Origin: Felis catus
Lineage: Eukaryota
DNA length: 64,000 bases
NCBI RefSeq assembly: GCF_018350175.1
Contig: NC_058368.1
Span: 19,408,001 to 19,472,000, forward strand
Direction: 5' to 3'
A program made the translations under genes and the position numbers. Positions 1-11,919 of this stretch are shown one piece after another; position 1 is the first letter of the stretch; every line of letters begins with the position of its first letter. Below the pieces are notes generated by a model. That model saw nothing but the letters and a program-made list of their open reading frames with translations. It did no database searches and was not told the origin of the DNA.

Positions 1-87
1 TGATTCATGAGAATTCAGTTGAGCTGGTAATTTCTTACTTCTCCTCTTCCCTCGTATCTGCTCTCATAGTTCGGTTTTACCTTTTAG

Positions 88-288
88 TTTCAGGCAAATA
101 GCTGGAAAAGTCTTATTCTCAAAATATGTCAGGGGTCCCTGAGGCCACTGCCATCTCAGTACTCCTGTGAGCTGCAGCATCTGATCAAGCAGATGTTTAA
201 GAGGAACCCCTCACATCGCCCTTCTGCTACAACACTTCTCTCTAGAAGTTCCTTGGCTCGACTTGTCCGCCAGTGCTTACCCCCAGAG
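88..288 (+). CDS. NEK3: NEK3 exon, end of kinase domain ([16 protein letters not shown]...HRPSATTLL...CLPPE)
   Basis: cttttag|TTT...CCAGAG|gtatga; 201 nt, phase 0-0; kinase subdomains X-XI. Confidence 0.95.
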
Positions 289-2446
289 GTATGATACGTG
301 TTGGATCCGCCGTGAGCAGTTTTCGAGTGTGGTAAAATGATTCGTTATCTTTTAAACCCTGACGTGTTGTACATGCTTATAAAGATGCAAATAATGCAGA
401 ACTGTATTAAAAAAATACACACTTCCTTTCCTTTCTTCTCTCCCTTCCGCAATGCTATTCCCTGAGAATAATCACAGAATCTGTCTGTGTAAGCTTTCAG
501 ATATTTTTCTAGACCTATAGAAACATCTACTTGTGTGCCTAAATGATATGTATTTTCTAAATGGCATTTTTACTTCCCTTTTTTCAATTAGAAAAGTTTT
601 TTTAATGTTTATTTATTTTTGACATAGAGAAAGAGAGACAGAGTGAGTGGGGGAGGGCAGAGAGAGACACAGAATCTGAAGCAGGCTCCAGGCTCTGAGC
701 TGTCAGCAGAGCCCGATGCGGGGCTCAAACTCACGAACCGTGAGATCATGACCTCAGCCAAAGTCAGATGCTCAAAATGACTGAGCCACCCAGGCACCCC
801 AGTATTTTTACTTTTCAACTGTAAATATGATTGTGGGGAAGAATGTTGATAATTAAATGACATTATGGCAATGTCTATAGAAAAGCATATTCCACATCTT
901 TAAATTCTCTGCTTTAAATTTTCAGATCATCACAGAATATGGTGAGCAGGTATTAGAAGAAACCAAAAATTCCAAGCATAGTACACCAAGAAAAAAAAGT
1001 AAGAATTTTGGACAGCTTATTTTTTGCTCGGTGTTCTTTTAAAATGTAGTATAACAAAAAATAAAAATATGATTTTCAAGTTACTGGAGACAATTTCAGA
1101 GATACTCCTAAAAGTCAAATTTTTCTCATTGCTATTTCTGATGTAATTCTGTACTGACTGTTATATATTTAGTTTGCTAGGAATCAAAAAGCCTAGTTTG
1201 GAGATTTTAGGGATGTGAAGATTGTTCTCTGTTTCATTATTAGTACCAAGTTTACTTTGGTCAGGTAGAAGGCTTCTGTGGGCTAGCCTAGGAATACAAC
1301 CATGAAAATACAATGTTAATCTTCTAGGAAATTATCCCCAAGTTTCCAAAGAATCATCTGGTAACCAAAATTTTAAAAACAGCCTTTTTCGGAAGTTGGA
1401 ACTGTGCACATAATGGCTGCACAGAATTTCCATACATGTTTAGTCAATCCTGAACAAATCTCAAATGTAATTTATTGTCTCTTTGGAAATTGTCATCTCT
1501 TAATTTTTGCAAAGCTATTATTGTCCCTTTTATTTAAAAAAAAATTTTTTTTAAGTAAACTCCATGCTTGGGGCGCCTGGGTGGCGCAGTCGGTTAAGCG
1601 TCCGACTTCAGCCAGGTCACGATCTCGCGGTCCGTGAGTTTGAGCCCCGCGTCGGGCTCTGGGCTGATGGCTCAGAGCCTGGAGCCTGTTTCCGATTCTG
1701 TGTCTCCCTCTCTCTCTGCCCCCCCCCCCCACCCCCCGTTCATGCTCTGTCTCTCTCTGTCCCAAAAATAAATAAAAAACGTTGAAAAAAAAATTTTTTA
1801 AGTAAACTCCATGCTCAATGTGAGGCTCGAACTTATGACTCTGAGATCAAGACTTGTTGTATGCTGTGCCCACTAAGCCAGTCAGGTGCCCCTGTTTTTG
1901 TTCCTTTTTATTTATCATCAGTGACTCAGACCTTCCATCTGATGAGATCCAACGGATGATAGCTATGACTGGAATAAGAGAGGAGAGAAATAGAAATAGA
2001 TCATCCAGTCACTGTAGGGACATGTTGTAAAACCTCCATTGTTTGCTTCTCACTGTCTTCGCATTGGATACTCCAAGAGAAACACTCAAGAACTGTACTG
2101 TTTTCTGAAAGTTAAATTTTAAATGTTATTTTTGTAAGAATGTAATGTGAGCCCTTTGGTCTTGTAACTCAGCCTTTTCTCCATTCCTTCAGGGGTGGCC
2201 AGTGCCCTTTGTTTCAGCAGTTTGCTTTAGTGTTAATTGTACTTTACATACTATTTTGTGGCTTTTGTCTGCATCCCAGGGGAGTGGCAAATAGTTTTAA
2301 AATGCTGAGCAGCAACAATAAAAAACAGTCTTAAGTTTCAAGATAGTTTGGCTAAGTGTAGTTTTACAACTAACTTCCTTCCTTCCTTCCTTCCTTCCTT
2401 CCTTCCTTCCTTCCTTCCTTCCTTCCTTCCTTCCTTCCTTCCTTCC

Positions 2447-2522
<76 letters not shown>

Positions 2523-4623
2523 TCAGTTTACTTACCTTGAGAGAGAGAGTGAGCAGGGGAGGGGCAGAGAGACAGGGAGACAGAGAATCCCAAGCAGGCT
2601 CTGCACTGCCATCAGGGAGGCCGACGTGGGGCTCGTACTCACGAACCTTGAGATCACGACCTGAGCTAAAATCAAGAGCTGGATGCTCAACCGACTGAGC
2701 CACCCAAGCGCCCCTAGTTTCACAATTTCTAAAAAGAGGAATAAAGCAGCGGAGAAGTGCTACCATGTCAGACCGTGTGTCTGGTGGCATCTCCACCCGA
2801 TCAAGGGTCAGTGGCACCAGAACAGTGAACGCTATGTGAGGGCGGGGACTGGGTCTGATTTACTCACTGTCGTATCCTCGGCACCTGTCATCACAGATGC
2901 TCAATAGCAATTTTTTAAAATGTTGAATGAATGAGGAACATGGATGGCAGGGCTCTGCCAGGGAAAATCAGCCACTCTTACCGAAGGGACCTGGTGCCAG
3001 AGTTCTCCCTGACGGCTGCTAGTGCCTTGTGACGGAATAAGCAGCTCAATTTATTTTTCTCCAAATTTTAATTTAAATTCTAGTTAGTTAACATACAGTG
3101 TAATATTTGTTTCAGGAGTAGAATTTAGTGATTCATCACTAACATACAGCACCCAAGTGCCTGCCTTAATACCCATCACCTCTTTTGCCCATCCCCCACC
3201 CACCTCCCTCCATCAACCCTCTGTTCTCTATAGTTAAGAGTCTCTCTCTTTTTAAAAATAATTTTTTTTTGTTAAAAAATTTTTTAATATTTATTTTTGA
3301 GAGAGAGAGAGAGAGAGAGCATGAGCAGGGGAGGGGCAGAGAGAGAGGGAGACACAGAATCTGAAGCCAGCTCCAGGCTCTGAGCTGTCAGCAGAGACCG
3401 AGTGGGGCTCGAACCCACGAACCACAGATCATGACCTGAGCTGAAGTCAGATGCTCCTCACTGTCAGCACAGAGCCCGATGTGGGGCTTGTACTCACTAA
3501 CTGCGAGATCATGAGCTGAGCCGAAATCAACAGTCAGACGCTTAACCCACTGAGCCACCAGAGTGTTCCAGTTAAGAGTCTCTTATGGTTTGCCTCTCTC
3601 TCTTTTTCTTTTCCCTTCCCATATGTTCATCTGTTTTGTTTCCTAAATTCTACATATGAATGCAATCATATGGTATTTGTTTCTGTCTGACTGACTTATT
3701 TAGCTTAGCATAATACTCTATAGCTCCATCCGTGCCATTGCAAATGGCAAGATTTCATTCTTTTTGATGGCTGAGTAGTATTCCATTATATATGTATGCC
3801 AAATCTTCTTTATCCATTCATCAATTGATGGACACTTGTGGGCTCTTTACATAGTTTGGCTATTGTAGGTAAGGAAGCAGCTCATTTCTTATGAGGGATA
3901 CCTATTCCAGCTGCTATAATAGCAGGGAGAGCACAGACTGCATAGCTAGCCTGAGCTGAAGATGATAATGACCTTCCAGGTATGCAGAGTGTCTTAACCT
4001 CCTAGTGCCTATATGGGCTGGCATAAGTGTGTACTGATGCCTTACCTTTAAGCTGTTAACATTAGGAGTAAAACAGCAGAAATAGCCTCTTTTCTAATTA
4101 CTAGGTGACTAAATCTTGATATCCCTATTCAGGCTAATGCTTTGGCCCTTTGACTTGAAAAACTTCACTTATCTTCACTTATCTTTCAAGCTTTGTGCAA
4201 ATCACATTAGGAACTTAAGAATGTGAGCCTGTACATGCTTTCTCTTCCTACCTTCTCTTTTCTTTTTTAGCAGACTCCAGCAGAATCAGGATAGCTTTGG
4301 AAAATGAGGCAACCACAATGGTAAGTGCTTTAAAATTACGTTTGTGAAACACCTGTCTACTGGGTACCATCCAGTGCCATGAGATGTTTATAAGACTGGG
4401 ACCTGGTCCGTCCTGGCCGGTAGTTTTTCATCCTTTGGCACGTGAAGTAATTGGTGGCTGTTGTCCTGAACTGCCAGCTGAGCCACTTTAGGACATGAAT
4501 CACTGGTTCATTTACTTTGCTTTTTCTCTTTTCTTTGTTCTTCTTTCTTCCTTCCTTCCTTCCTTCCTTCCTTCCTTCCTTCCTTCCTTCCTTCCTCCCT
4601 CCCTCCCTCCCTCCCTCCTTCCC

Positions 4624-4673
<50 letters not shown>

Positions 4674-7600
4674 TTTCTTCCTTTCTTCCTTTCTTCCTTT
4701 CTTCCTTTCTTCCTTTCTTTCTTTTCTTCTGCCCCAAACCCGTTTTTTTCATTTGAATTCTTGATGACAAGTGGTTTCAATATAGATGTGAGAGAACTTT
4801 GTTCTGCTTTCCTTCATGAAAATTTTGTTTTAGTCTGGCTGTGGTTTGTTTTTCATTGTGGCAAAACATGTATGACATAGGATTTTACCATTCTAGCCAT
4901 TTTTTTTTTTAAATTTTTTTTTTCAACGTTTATTTATTTTTGGGACAGAGAGAGACAGAGCATGTACGGGGGAGGGGCAGAGAGAGAGGGAGACTCAGAA
5001 TCAGAAACAGGCTCCAGGCTCTGAGCCGTCAGCCCAGAGCCTGACGCGGGGCTCGAACTCACAGACCGCGAGATCGTGACCTGGCTGAAGTCGGACGCTT
5101 AACCGACTGCGCCACCCAGGCGCCCCCCATTCTAGCCATTTTTAAGCATGCGATTCAGCAGCATCAATTACAGTCACAATGTTGTACAACCAGCAGCACA
5201 CTCTGTTTCCAGGACCTTTTCATCCCCCATTACAGAAACTCTGCCCACTGTACAATAACTCCCCATTCCTCCCCGCCCTGCACAGCCACCCCAGCTCCTA
5301 GTGACCTCCATTCTACTTTCTGTCTCTATAAATGTGGCTGGTCTAGATACTTCTAGGAGCGGAATCATACAATATTTGTCCTTTGTGTCTGGCTTCTTTT
5401 GCTTAGCATAGTGTTTTTAAAGTTCATCCATGTTATAGCCTGTATCAGAATATTTTCCTTTTTATGGCTAAATAATACTTACATCTCTGTTTTGATCTTG
5501 ACATTTTTCTGTTCAGGAACTTTTAGTGCCTCCCCATTATCTGAGAAAGCAAGCTGACACTTTTCAGCCTGACATTCAGGGTTCTGTTTGTCTTGTTTTG
5601 CCCTGGGTGGCTGGGAGCTCTTTGATACTAAAACTGCAGTCAAGTCCTGAATAGGAACAGTGGGTCCGCTTCCTAGTGTTACCATGCCCAACTCAGTAAC
5701 TTGTGTCACACTGATGATTTTTTTCTTTCTTCAGCATTTTAATCAACCTTTTAATTCCAAAAAGAAAAAAAATTAGCGCTAACAGCAAAATTTTCTATTT
5801 ATGGAATGTACTACTAATTAAACTTGGAAATTTTTGGAATGGAGATTTGGCTGTAAATAAATAACAGCATCCCACCGTTATGTGGCCAAATGGAATAGAT
5901 CCTGCCCCTGTACTTTGTTTTTTAATTTGTGTGGGCATATCTGTTTTTTTTCCCCAGCTTGATTGAGGCATGATTTATAGACAATAAAATTTACCCATTA
6001 GTATAGAGTTTGATGAATTTAGAAATTTTATACAGTCCTATAACCACCACAATCAAGATCTAGAAATCCCAGCCCCCTAAAAAGTTTCCTCTGGGCCCCT
6101 TGCAGACAATCCTGACTCCTCTTGTAGGTGACCACCACTGTCTATTTTATTTTATTTTGTTTTGCTTTTTGTTTTATTTTATTTTGTTTTGTTTCTTTTT
6201 TTTTTTTGAGTTTATTTATTTTGAGAGAGAGAGAGAGCGCACGCACAAGTTGGGGAGGGGCAGAGAGAGAGAGAGAGGGAGAGAGAGAATCCCAAACATT
6301 GGTGTGGAGCCCAATGCGGGGCTCGAACCCACAAACTGTGAAATCATGACCTGAGCCAAAGTCAGACGCTTAACTAACTGAGTCACCAAGGCACCCCCAC
6401 CACTGTCATGTTAATACCTACCTATAGTGGACGTATCCATGTGTTCTCGCAAGATGAAAAGGGGGCAAAATGTACGCAGATTGGAGAAAGAGCCAGAAAG
6501 TAAGCTGGCAAGATACGATGGCAGGAGGGCAGAGCTGAGTGGTGTGGAGCCACGAATGGTGTTGGAGGCTGCTGTCTGTGGAGCAGTGACTGTTAATGGG
6601 AATGGAACATCGGAATCCCCTCAAGGCTTTGTTTTTAAATATTTTATTAAGTTTATTTATTTATTGGGGGGGGAGGGGCAGAGTGAGGTAGAGAGAGAAT
6701 CTCACGCAGGCTCCACGCTGGCAGCACAGAGCCCAATGTGGGGCTCGAACTCAGTAAACCACCTGAGCCAAAACCAAGAGTCCCATGCTTAACTGACTGA
6801 GCCACCCAGGCGTCCCCCTCTCAAGGCTTTTAAAACTGCTCATCACCACTACCCAGCCGAGATTCTGACTTCTTTGTCTATTGGGGGTCCTTCGCCATAC
6901 GGGGAGAGAAGTTTGAGAACCACTGTATAGAAATAAGGCACAGTGTGCCAGCTACAGCTTACTGTTTAGCACAGAGCCTGACGCGGGGCTCGAACTCACG
7001 GACCGTGAGATCATGACCTGAGCCGAAGTCGGCCACTCAACCGACTGAGCCACCCAGGCACCCCGAAAAGTGGGAACATTTTGACTATATATAGCAACTT
7101 TATAAAAGATCTCACTTTGATATTCCAGCATGAAAAGCCCAATACAGCAAACCGTATTAAAAATTTTCATTCCTCATTGCTTCTGTGAAGGCCTCTCAAA
7201 GACGTCTGTCATTTTATATATCCTCTTCATAGTTGCAACGATCAATATTAATGATTAGTAATGTGTATGACTTTAATATACATAAATAGGTATGTATGTG
7301 TTTTTTAACTTACATATGTATGATGTATATCGCTTCTACATGCAGTTATATATGGGGTTCTATAGTTATTAAGGTTTTTTTAATTCATTAATCTTTATTT
7401 AAAATTTAGGTAGCTGACTTTGCACACTTTACCTTGTTTATAGCAATTCAAGCATTGCTTCATCCTTATTTTTAATCTCTTTTCAAGCAAGGGGAAGAAC
7501 AAGGTAGAAAGTACAGCGACACTGATTTAGAAAGCATTCATAAAAATTCAACCAAAAGTGCACTGAGGAGAGTAAATGAAGAGAAAGGTAAGTTATTCAA

Positions 7601-10600
7601 ATTTGAGTCACTGTGTAAGTGAGGACCTGGGGAATATGGAAGGAATACTAACTTTCACCTTCCTTGGTTGTAGGTATCGTGAGCAAGTGGGCTGGCAGAT
7701 TTTTGTTTGCTTATCTAGTGATTTATTTCATGGTACAGGAATATTTTATTACTCACAAAAAAAGAGAATAGTGTTGATCAGTAAGAGCCTTTAGAAAAAC
7801 AGTATTTGTTGCACTATCTACCATAGAAACCATGTCCAGGAATATACAACCTCTCAGGGCTTCATTCTTTGTACATTGTATAATATATAAATATTTTTAA
7901 AAATTCACTTTAATGATTAGCTTTACTTTTTCATTTGGAGTTTTTTCTTTTTTTTTTTTTTTTCCATTCCCTTTACTACTTAGAAGAACATTGTTGTGAG
8001 TGGAGGTGAGTTTAAAGAGAAAAGAAAGACTTCCGTATAGTTGTTCAAGTATATGTGTGCATATAGATAAATAAATAATATGCTTAGCAGTCCTTTTTAA
8101 CATTTTGAAATCAGATAAATCAGTCCATCCGAAGAAAGCCAGTTCACCAAGTCCTCTCAGGCGACAGTGGGAGAAAAATGTACCCAACACAGCTCTCACG
8201 GCTTTGGAAAATGCAGGCATCCTCGCCTCCAGTGTAGGGGCCGGGGAAGATAGAGGTCAGTAGTCCGATCGAACAGTGTTATTAGAGAACATTTTCTAAT
8301 GGTTGTTTAATGGGCTAGACGTCATTCTTGTTGTTTTTATTATCACTCTGTAAAAGATCTTAGGTGTCATGCGTGAGAGCAGTGCTCATGGAGACAAGTG
8401 AAATAGATTTTAGTAGAGAGTAAAATATAATTAGCTTAAAATATGGTCTGGAAGATACATGCTGAACATCTTTTTTACGTGGCACTAACAGTTACCTTTT
8501 CACAACTAGGTGGTTCTGTAATAAAGTACAGTGAAAATAGCACCCGTAAGCAGTGGCTCAAAGAGACTCCAGAAACTTTGATGAACATCCTCAAGAATGC
8601 TGATCTCAGCCTGGCGTTTCAAACATACACAATATATAGACCAGGTGACTCAAGTCTATTACGTAACCGTGGAAACACTTTGATTTTTTTTTAAAGTGTG
8701 GTAAAATATGCATAAACTAAAATTTACCATGTAAGCCATTTTTAGGTGTGCAGTTCAGGGGCATTAAATACATGTATGTTGTGCAGCCATCACCACCATC
8801 CATCTCTAGAATTTTTCCTATCTTCCGAATCTGAAATTATGTACCCATTAAATAATTCCCCATTTGCCCCTCCCAGAAACTTTGATTCTAAAGTTGTAAA
8901 TGATTTTATTAAAAAAATTTTTTTTAATCTTTATTTTTGAGAGAGAGAGAGAGACAGAGAGAGACAGAGTGTGAGTGGGGGAGGAACAGAGAGAGCGGGA
9001 GACACAGAATCCAGAGCAGGCTCCAGGCTCTGAGCTGTCAGCACAGAGCCCAACTTGGGGCTCCAACCTGTGAACCAGGAGTTCGTGACCTGAGCCGAAG
9101 GCAGACGCTTAACCGGCTCAGCCACCCAGGTGCCCCAGAAGTTATAACTGATTTTAAAGTTATGAAATGATTCAGAACATTGTATTTTTTAGGTTTTCTT
9201 GAGTTTTTTTTTTAGCAAGTCTTGAGCTGTAATTAAGATTTCCCATGGAGCTTCATTACTTTTATTTGGTTTTTATTTATTTTTTAAATGTTTGTTTTTG
9301 AGAGAGAGAGAGAGAGTGTGATAGCGGGGAAGGGCAAAGAGAGAGGGGGGCAGAGAATCTGAAGCAAGCTCCTCACACAGCACAGAGCCTGATGCAGGGC
9401 TCCAGCCCACAAACCATGAGATTCTGATCTGAGCCGAAGTCGGACGCTTAAACTTGGACTAAGCCACCTAGGCGCCCCTTCATTACTTTTCATTGTTTAC
9501 TTGTTTGTTGGTTTTAACAAGGGTGGGACTACTTTGGAGGGTAGTCCGTTTTTACCATGCAGAATACACCACTGCTTTACTGACTTTAGTTCAGACTCCA
9601 TCATAGTAAACTTGGAGGAACTTCAAGATTTCTTTTGCTCTGTGCTTGAATTCTGCCGTATTGAATAGAGCTCAAGAAAGAGAAATCATTAGGATTTGAT
9701 TTTCTTATTGTTTCTACAGACATTTTCACTAAAACTGCACGAAATCACCTTTTGTAATACTCTCTTTAGGAATCCAGGCCGAAGCAGTGCATTAAGGGTG
9801 TCTGCCTGTGTGTACATGTGTGTATAAGTTTGATCATTCAGTTATTAAGCCACCTTGCTAGGTTAAGATCTAAGACAAATTATGCCAAGTAAAGCATGTA
9901 ATGCTGTGGCAAGTCTCAACTGTGTTTACTGTAACAGATTTAGTTGTATTTGTTTATTTGGTCAGTGTTTATTGAGTGCCTAACTTATGCTAGGTTAAGA
10001 TTTAAAAAAAAAGAAGAAAGAATAAAACACAGTTCCTTCCCTGAAAGAGTGTGGGGGGAACGTGGCCCTCACGTCAGAGGTTTAGAGGAGTCTAGGTGAA
10101 TTGTGGAGATGTGTCCTGATAGAACCGCCCCGCTGTGTCACAGGAACCCTGGGCGCAGGTGGGTACACGGGACGGAGTGTTCAGGAAGGTTAACGGTTGT
10201 GAATTTTGTTTTAGCGATTGTAGGTCCTGGAGTTTGTTTTTGGTCCAATGATAAAGGGTTTGTCATTTCAGGAAAGTCAGTGTTCAGAAACTCTGCCATA
10301 GCTCTGTTTTGAAGGGTTTTATAAAGATTTAGCCCACATTGTTGTGTTAGGTTATTGTTGCGTGAGCAAAAAATAAAGCGATTGCCATCTGGAAAATTTC
10401 TTGAAGGGACGCTTGTGGTTGCCATTCCCTAATGTTCTTCTCCACCACTGGAAAAAGTTGGGGGTGGGGAGCTTAAAGGAAAAACAACTGTAATACAACC
10501 ATCCAAAGGTAACTTTAATATAGGTTCTTATATTTGGAGGTTTTAAGTGTACTTTTCTGCATTCTTCTTTTGAAGAAAGTACTGCTTGTAAATTTAATAG

Positions 10601-11443
10601 CGATACTGATGCTTCATGGGCCTGTTTTATGCCAGAAATCATGCTGTGTAATGTGGGGAGGCGCTACCGAAGAAATATAGGGCCTGGCATTGTCCTCAGT
10701 TAGCCAGCTGTCTTCTGGAGGATTTTAGTCCTATGTTCACTAAATAAGTAACTGCTGTTAAAATTGGCATAATTTCTGTTAATATTCCTCTTGAAGGCTC
10801 AGAAGAGTTCTTGAAGGGCCCCCTCTCTGAAGAAACAGAAGCATCAGACAGTGTGGATGGAGGCCACGATTCTGTCACTTTGGACCCAGAGAGACTGGAG
10901 CCTAGATTGGATGCAGAGGACACGTATGTTGGGATATACCTAGATGGTGTTAGTTGGTGCGCATGATGTCAATTATACCTTAATTTCAGGCTTAGCAGGA
11001 ACTGGTTATATTACTTGACATCACAAATGAATATTTATATCTTGATCTTTTGTCTGGGATGGGTAATGTGTTTTACAGTATTATTACAGAATTCCTGACT
11101 GAGCGGTATTTTATGATCGTTTAGCTTGGACTTACTATTTTTTAATATGTTGGATTTTATTTGCAAATGTTGTAGAAACATGAAAGAAGCAATCCTGTGG
11201 AAGGGATAACAATGTTTTCCCTCCATTCGGTTGCCTTATGGAGCTCGTTTTCCAAAAATGTGAATGTTGTGATGGTGGCGTTCTGTTTTGAGCCATCAAA
11301 AAAAATACTTGCTGTGCCCCTAATATGGAGGCTTAGTATCCAAATTGTTTCTTCACAGGGATTTTGAGGAGGACGACGACAGCCCTGACTGGGTGTCAGA
11401 ACTGAAGCTGCGAGCTGGCTGGCCAGGAGTGTCTGATGGGTAA
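88..11443 (+). CDS. NEK3: NEK3 serine/threonine kinase, 3' part (8 coding exons: 88-288, 926-998, 4271-4320, 7488-7587, 8115-8255, 8510-8644, 10797-10923, 11359-11443); 5' exons lie upstream of the window
   Basis: The spliced frame is open over 912 nt, from [16 protein letters not shown] to [27 protein letters not shown]. All junctions are GT-AG with matching phases. It matches the recalled mammalian NEK3 C-terminus and the NEK3-NEK5 tandem order. Confidence 0.96.
597..800 (-). mobile_element. CanSINE (SINEC)
   Basis: Reverse-strand tRNA-like head ending caggcacccc, (AG)n tract, poly-T tail. Confidence 0.9.
926..998 (+). CDS. NEK3: NEK3 exon ([24 protein letters not shown])
   Basis: ttttcag|ATC...AAAAAAAA|gtaaga; 73 nt, phase 0-1. 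Confidence 0.93.
1538..1892 (-). mobile_element. Older short CanSINE interrupted by a young SINE
   Basis: The tail at 1538-1568 continues at 1800-1892 (ggctcgaacttatgactctgagatcaaga...caggtgcccc). Confidence 0.75.
1570..1799 (+). mobile_element. Young SINEC_Fc-type CanSINE
   Basis: ggggcgcctgggtggcgcagtcggttaagcg head; TSD aagtaaactccatgct at 1553-1568 and 1800-1815. Confidence 0.95.
2374..2524. repeat. Compound (CTTC)n-(TTTC)n microsatellite in a SINE tail
   Basis: Read directly. Confidence 0.97.
2525..2714 (-). mobile_element. CanSINE
   Basis: Reverse head ending cccaagcgcccc. Confidence 0.9.
3051..3870 (-). mobile_element. Carnivore L1 3' end fragment, split by a SINE
   Basis: L1 3'UTR/ORF2-end text (gcaaatggcaagatttcattctttttgatggctgagtagtattcc); SINE TSD agttaagagtctct. 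Confidence 0.85.
3248..3570 (-). mobile_element. CanSINE with a duplicated head region
   Basis: Two consecutive ctgtcagca...gagcc...gatcatga...ctgagc segments between one TSD pair. Confidence 0.85.
4271..4320 (+). CDS. NEK3: NEK3 exon ([17 protein letters not shown])
   Basis: Long pyrimidine tract, tttttag|CAG...ATG|gtaagt; 50 nt, phase 1-0; tandem TAG/CAG acceptor. Confidence 0.9.
4538..4723. repeat. Compound (CTTC)n/(CCTC)n/(TTTC)n/(TTCCTTTC)n pyrimidine microsatellite
   Basis: Read directly. Confidence 0.97.
4850..5480 (-). mobile_element. Old L1M (L1MB-like) 3' fragment, split by a SINE
   Basis: Typical text: ctactttctgtctctat...ggaatcatacaatatttgtcctttgtgtctggctt. Confidence 0.7.
4901..5126 (-). 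mobile_element. Young SINEC_Fc-type CanSINE
   Basis: CpG-rich; TSD ccattctagccattttt at 4888 and 5127. Confidence 0.95.
6145..6397 (-). mobile_element. CanSINE
   Basis: TSD ccaccactgtc; reverse head. Confidence 0.88.
6628..6817 (-). mobile_element. CanSINE
   Basis: TSD ctcaaggcttt; reverse head. Confidence 0.88.
6968..7064 (-). mobile_element. CanSINE head-only fragment
   Basis: tRNA-like head with no (CT)n or poly-A part. Confidence 0.85.
7488..7587 (+). CDS. NEK3: NEK3 exon ([33 protein letters not shown])
   Basis: ttttcaag|CAA...AAAG|gtaagt; 100 nt, phase 0-1. Confidence 0.9.
8115..8255 (+). CDS. NEK3: NEK3 exon ([47 protein letters not shown])
   Basis: aaatcag|AT...AGAG|gtcagt; 141 nt, phase 1-1. 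Confidence 0.92.
8510..8644 (+). CDS. NEK3: NEK3 exon ([45 protein letters not shown])
   Basis: caactag|GT...CCAG|gtgact; 135 nt, phase 1-1; lies inside ORF 8443-8694. Confidence 0.94.
8905..9136 (-). mobile_element. CanSINE (follows an L1M fragment at ~8690-8880)
   Basis: Reverse head, (AG)n, T tail. Confidence 0.9.
9260..9478 (-). mobile_element. CanSINE
   Basis: TSD cttcattactttt. Confidence 0.9.
10797..10923 (+). CDS. NEK3: NEK3 penultimate exon ([43 protein letters not shown])
   Basis: cttgaag|GC...GACAC|gtatgt; 127 nt, phase 1-2. Confidence 0.93.
11359..11443 (+). CDS. NEK3: NEK3 last coding exon ([27 protein letters not shown])
   Basis: cttcacag|G GAT TTT...GGG TAA; stop codon at 11441-11443. 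Confidence 0.94.
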
Positions 11444-11659
11444 CGCCCAAGAAGTGCTCTGTCGTTAATATCGCGTAGCTGTTTAAAGTGAGGAATTAAT
11501 GTTTGGATGGTATCAGCTCACAGGATGTGTATTTTTCTTTGGACACAGAATGAAGAGGGGGAAACTGAATATTTAAAACTGTTCCTGATCAGTGTCACAA
11601 GGTTTAAAATATCTGTAACTCTCGAGTTTTTGAACTCCAAGAGAAGGCGTGGAAGAATG

Positions 11660-11805
11660 GCTCTGAGCTTCAGGCTTGCACTCAGAACAGAAATGGGATG
11701 CCGCTGCTTACATTTTGTGTGATTGTGGGAGATTATTTAACCTCTTGGAGCCCCAGTGTCCACAACTCTAAAACGAGGATAATAATGCCTTCCTCATAGG
11801 GACGC
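11660..11805 (+). mobile_element. MIR fragment in the NEK3 3'UTR
   Basis: MIR core-like ttatttaacctcttggagccccagtgtccacaactctaaaacgaggataataatgccttcctcatagg. Confidence 0.6.
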
Positions 11806-11913
11806 TGAACATAGACCATGGCAACGGCCCATAATGTTATTTCTGCGATTGTTATGATTTGTGTTTAATTGCTGCACAACTCTTTTTACATTTCCTAAAG
11901 GTTTGAGGATCAA

Positions 11914-11919
11914 AATAAA
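11914..11919 (+). terminator. Candidate NEK3 polyadenylation signal
   Basis: First AATAAA I found after the NEK3 stop (~470 nt downstream); further AATAAA at 14244 and 14252. Confidence 0.5.

Noticed and set aside
1570..1660. tRNA-like A/B-box sequences
   Set aside because: These are CanSINE heads derived from tRNA, not tRNA genes; the same applies to all copies.
2338..4780. KERK/EGRK- and FLPS-rich ORFs
   Set aside because: These are translations of tetranucleotide microsatellites.
11813..11825. ccatggcaac X-box half-site in the NEK3 3'UTR
   Set aside because: The left half does not fit and it is not in a promoter context.
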